From the NCBI GenBank assembly GCA_965209155.1, contig OZ242383.1, positions 1,984,001-2,048,000 on the forward strand: a stretch of DNA of 64,000 nucleotides. The letters run 5' to 3'. A program made the position numbers and the translations under genes. This document shows, in pieces, positions 60,871 to 64,000 of the stretch; the stretch's first letter is position 1; each line of letters begins with the position of its first letter. The DNA comes from a bacterium. GTDB taxonomy: Bacteria > SAR324 > NAC60-12. The notes under the pieces are model-generated. The model searched no databases and was not told the DNA's origin. It was given only the letters and a program-made list of their open reading frames with translations.

Positions 60871-62523
60871 TTAATCACGTTCCGGCATAATTCGAGACTG
60901 CTGTCTTCCCGGATACCAGCGAGCTGCCTTAGTGTTCCCGATTTTGTGGATCTGTCCATTCATTCTCAAATCTTGAAGCAATTTCTGAACCTGGGCGTAT
61001 GAAAGGGCCGGCAGGACCTGAACGAGTTCCTTCAACTGACCGCCTTCATTCCGATTGTCTTTAATGTGTTTTAGTAGCAACTCCTTATTCGTCTCGCGGT
61101 CCAACCCACGCTTGCGCGTATAAACCCCTCCCTTGCCAATGTGACGGTAAAACCGCCGGGAGAGCAGCAGCCGCACGCCCCGTCCCCGTCCTACGCGCTC
61201 AATGATTCCCTGTTCCAGTAAATGCTCAGCTTTCAATCGGAGGTAGTCCGGAACAAATTGCTCGCGGCGTATGAGATCGACCACCAGTAAGTCATCAAGG
61301 CCGAACAAGGCTAATTGCTTTTGACCAATTTCCTCCAGAAAGCGCAGGAACTCCAAATCTTGGATGTCGCCGTGCAGCGTGAGCAACACGGAGTAGTCAT
61401 CAGTATGGGAGAAGTCGGGCAAAAGCTTACTTTGCTGAATGCACTCGCGAAAAATCAGGTCAAACCCCTGTCCTGCTCGTTCAACCAACCCACATTTTCC
61501 GAGGACTTCAGCAATACGACGATTGCGTGGATTTTGTTGTCGAAGGATGTTCTCAGGGGTGATACCGGCTGGAAAACCACCAGGGCTGAAGATCTCGATA
61601 CGTCGAGGATACTGGCGCACGAAAATGGACCCTCCCTGACGGTAGTCACGGTGGCTAACTGCGTTCAGAACGGCCTCGCGAACCACTCCCTCGTTGAAAG
61701 TAGATATGTCCCAAATAAAGAGTCCTTGCTGAAAGTGTTGCAGGTCATTACGCTGGTTTATAAGTCTCCAGATTTCGTCCAATATAGAAAGAAAACCCTG
61801 TCTGAACTCACGTCGTTCCGCTGCTGCTCCTGGCACTTCATTGGATCGATATTCAAAGATGATCTCAGCCTGAGCAAGATGTTTACCCAGGGCTTTGTGT
61901 GTGCCTAGCAGGATCAGTGCCGCGTACGACAACTGGCCGTCTATGAGTAACTCCGCATCCGTCAAGAGTTGCTCTACGGGACGGGTCGAGATATCTTGAT
62001 CTGGTGCCTTACGCTGCCAGAGTTGGCGTAGAACCTCTATCGAAGTTGGGTCGAGATCGTCCAATCGGGCAGGTGAACAAATCTCTGATGAGAAATCAAG
62101 ACTGGCCTCTGTAAAAATGCGTTGGAGTTGATCTGGTGTCATTGGAATAAGGGACTCGCCACCACGCATCCAATACCCGCCTTTATATTGCATAGGCACA
62201 CCGATTGGACGGGCGGGTACCTGAAAGACCAAAACCCGTCCGTTGGGGTGATCAATCACATCGACATCGACGCGGAGTCGCAGTTGCTCATTCAGACCAG
62301 CCTTCGTCCGTTCGAAATTGCTAAAGGCCCGGCTACCAACCACTTTGCGAGGAAGTTTATCCGTCACTCCCAGGATCATCTTTCCACCACCTTCGTTGGC
62401 AAGCGCGATGCAATACTTCACCAGTTTCTCAAAGTGAAAACTGGTTTTCGCCTCTTTAAACTCCAGGTGTTCGCCTTCTTGGTCGTTCATCCAGGTTTGG
62501 AGTTCATTAATGGAAACGGTCAT
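60871..62523 (-). CDS. Schlafen/AlbA_2 domain plus ATP-binding (HATPase-like) and HTH protein
   Basis: EHLEFKEA, ALANEGGG, REAVLNAVSHRDY, SPGG, RNRRIA and ERAGQG motifs. Confidence 0.85.
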   Translation of the reverse strand: MTVSINELQTWMNDQEGEHLEFKEAKTSFHFEKLVKYCIALANEGGGKMILGVTDKLPRKVVGSRAFSNFERTKAGLNEQLRLRVDVDVIDHPNGRVLVFQVPARPIGVPMQYKGGYWMRGGESLIPMTPDQLQRIFTEASLDFSSEICSPARLDDLDPTSIEVLRQLWQRKAPDQDISTRPVEQLLTDAELLIDGQLSYAALILLGTHKALGKHLAQAEIIFEYRSNEVPGAAAERREFRQGFLSILDEIWRLINQRNDLQHFQQGLFIWDISTFNEGVVREAVLNAVSHRDYRQGGSIFVRQYPRRIEIFSPGGFPAGITPENILRQQNPRNRRIAEVLGKCGLVERAGQGFDLIFRECIQQSKLLPDFSHTDDYSVLLTLHGDIQDLEFLRFLEEIGQKQLALFGLDDLLVVDLIRREQFVPDYLRLKAEHLLEQGIIERVGRGRGVRLLLSRRFYRHIGKGGVYTRKRGLDRETNKELLLKHIKDNRNEGGQLKELVQVLPALSYAQVQKLLQDLRMNGQIHKIGNTKAARWYPGRQQSRIMPERD

Positions 62524-62603
62524 ATGATTTCCTGATATTTCTTCCTGCGATTACTACGTCCTTGAGAAGCAGGTTCAGTCAAGTATCTAATCAAGTGTTG
62601 CAT

Positions 62604-64000
62604 TCAGGACGCCTCCTTTTCAAACCTTTCATTCAGCGTGGAAAACAACAAAGTGGAAGCGTCGAGAACTTCATCCGGGAGCGTAGTTCCATTTTCTGAC
62701 CATAGAGAAACCAAATGTAAGGCGACCGAGTTTTTCCAACCTTTTGGTAGTATAAACCCTTGACGTTTAGCAGCAGTCTTTATCTGACTCGGCAGGCTTC
62801 CGACCAAACGGTCTTTTTCTTCTAATTGTAGTTCATTACCTGTCACAGCCTCAAGTCCAGAAAGAATTAAATCCTCACCAAAGATATCTTCGATTTCCAC
62901 TTCTTGATCAATTCGGTTGAGTACCTCATCCAGCATTAGAATCTCAGAACCATAATCGACATAAAGTTCCTTAATCAGTGCGTTTTGACGAGCCCGTCCG
63001 GCTTCGTCCCCGTCCAGAAGAATTAGAGGACGAACTTCATGGCCGAGAAACAATGACGCTAAGTGCCCGACAAGTTTTGTACCGCCACAGGGTGTGATGT
63101 ATATATCGTCCGGTAACGAAATTCGATCCGATTTTGCGCATTGTTGTGACAGCGTATGCAAGTAGTAGAAATCGCTCATTCCTTCTACTAATACGTTTTT
63201 GCGATGCTGAAAAAGCCCGCGAATCATCGCGTATCCGGCGGCAGCCTGAAGTGGAAAAATCGTTTCGCGATCCTTTGGCCATGTCTCAGCAGTGATGTAC
63301 GAATGTCCGGTGTTATCTTCCGTGACCGGCCTGACTCGATGCAAATGTTCACCGTCTATTAGAAAGGGTGAATGGGTTGTGTAGAGAAGTTGGTTCGTTT
63401 CAGCAAGCTTTTCGAAAAAATCGATCAATTCCTGCTGTGCTGTAGGATGCAGGTGCAAGCCCGGTTCATCGAGTAGAAGAATCGCATCTTTATGCCCGTC
63501 TTTGGATTCGACAAGAAAAACAAGATAAAACGAGAAGAACCACTGGAATCCCTTACTGCGGGCTTCAAGCTCGATTTCCACGTCTTGGCGGAGTTCGTCA
63601 GCAACCCATATTCGAAAGTAATCGCCGTCAGCGTGATAACGGATTTTATGGCGACGTTGCGGCCACCATTCCGAGAATCTGTTGCTGATATCGATCGATG
63701 CGGAATTCAACTTAATTGCGCGCTCTTCTATTCGCTGCTGATCAGTTGCGATCTGACTTGGTGTCGGTTTAGAACCCTCTTCACGAATTTTCCTTGTTTT
63801 TTGGTCTCCAAGCATCGCAATCTCACTTGGATCAAGCCCGACATGCTTGAACATCGCATTGATCGTACGCACGCGAGAAAAGTTCGGATTTTGGTTCAGA
63901 TCTTCCAGAAATCGATTTAGCCAGACTGCACTGTCCAAAATACCGTAGTTTTCAAAATAGATCAGCACTGGGAGATGCTGTTTAATTATCTTGTCAACCT
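62604..64000 (-). CDS. OLD-family-like ATPase-TOPRIM nuclease (partial; continues beyond the window)
   Basis: RSKGFQWF, LLLDEPGLHLHP and TTHSP, then TOPRIM VLVEGMSD..LDGD. Confidence 0.8.
   Translation of the reverse strand, partial: VDKIIKQHLPVLIYFENYGILDSAVWLNRFLEDLNQNPNFSRVRTINAMFKHVGLDPSEIAMLGDQKTRKIREEGSKPTPSQIATDQQRIEERAIKLNSASIDISNRFSEWWPQRRHKIRYHADGDYFRIWVADELRQDVEIELEARSKGFQWFFSFYLVFLVESKDGHKDAILLLDEPGLHLHPTAQQELIDFFEKLAETNQLLYTTHSPFLIDGEHLHRVRPVTEDNTGHSYITAETWPKDRETIFPLQAAAGYAMIRGLFQHRKNVLVEGMSDFYYLHTLSQQCAKSDRISLPDDIYITPCGGTKLVGHLASLFLGHEVRPLILLDGDEAGRARQNALIKELYVDYGSEILMLDEVLNRIDQEVEIEDIFGEDLILSGLEAVTGNELQLEEKDRLVGSLPSQIKTAAKRQGFILPKGWKNSVALHLVSLWSENGTTLPDEVLDASTLLFSTLNERFEKEAS

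Overview
Bacterial chromosomal window, apparently Gram-negative (a porin-like gene ends in F, and lipoproteins are present); the taxon cannot be fixed from sequence alone. Core and metabolic genes (leuS, tldD/pmbA, batA, ppk2-CYTH facing CHAD-ParA, amt, comM, dcd, peptide ABC ATPases, a Cpx-like two-component system, MFS transporters) alternate with heavily eroded accessory patches. These patches hold a dispersed REP/MITE-like palindrome family beside a dead RAYT transposase; IS5, IS91-like, IS1595 and ISKra4-like remnants; two clean MITEs with target-site duplications; a four-helix-bundle element flanked by inverted octamer arrays; and a rearranged type I R-M/defence island at the right end (hsdR, ATPase+DUF4276, AlbA-ATPase, OLD-like ATPase-TOPRIM). 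Two candidates stand out. (1) A translationally coupled DUF488-DUF488-[dual-OB::RecQ] operon at 11797-15429. (2) An IS91/ISCR-like end present three times, each copy keeping an outward sigma70 promoter in front of unrelated cargo DNA. No rRNA, intact tRNA or CRISPR array was seen. Family calls come from motif recognition, not database searches.
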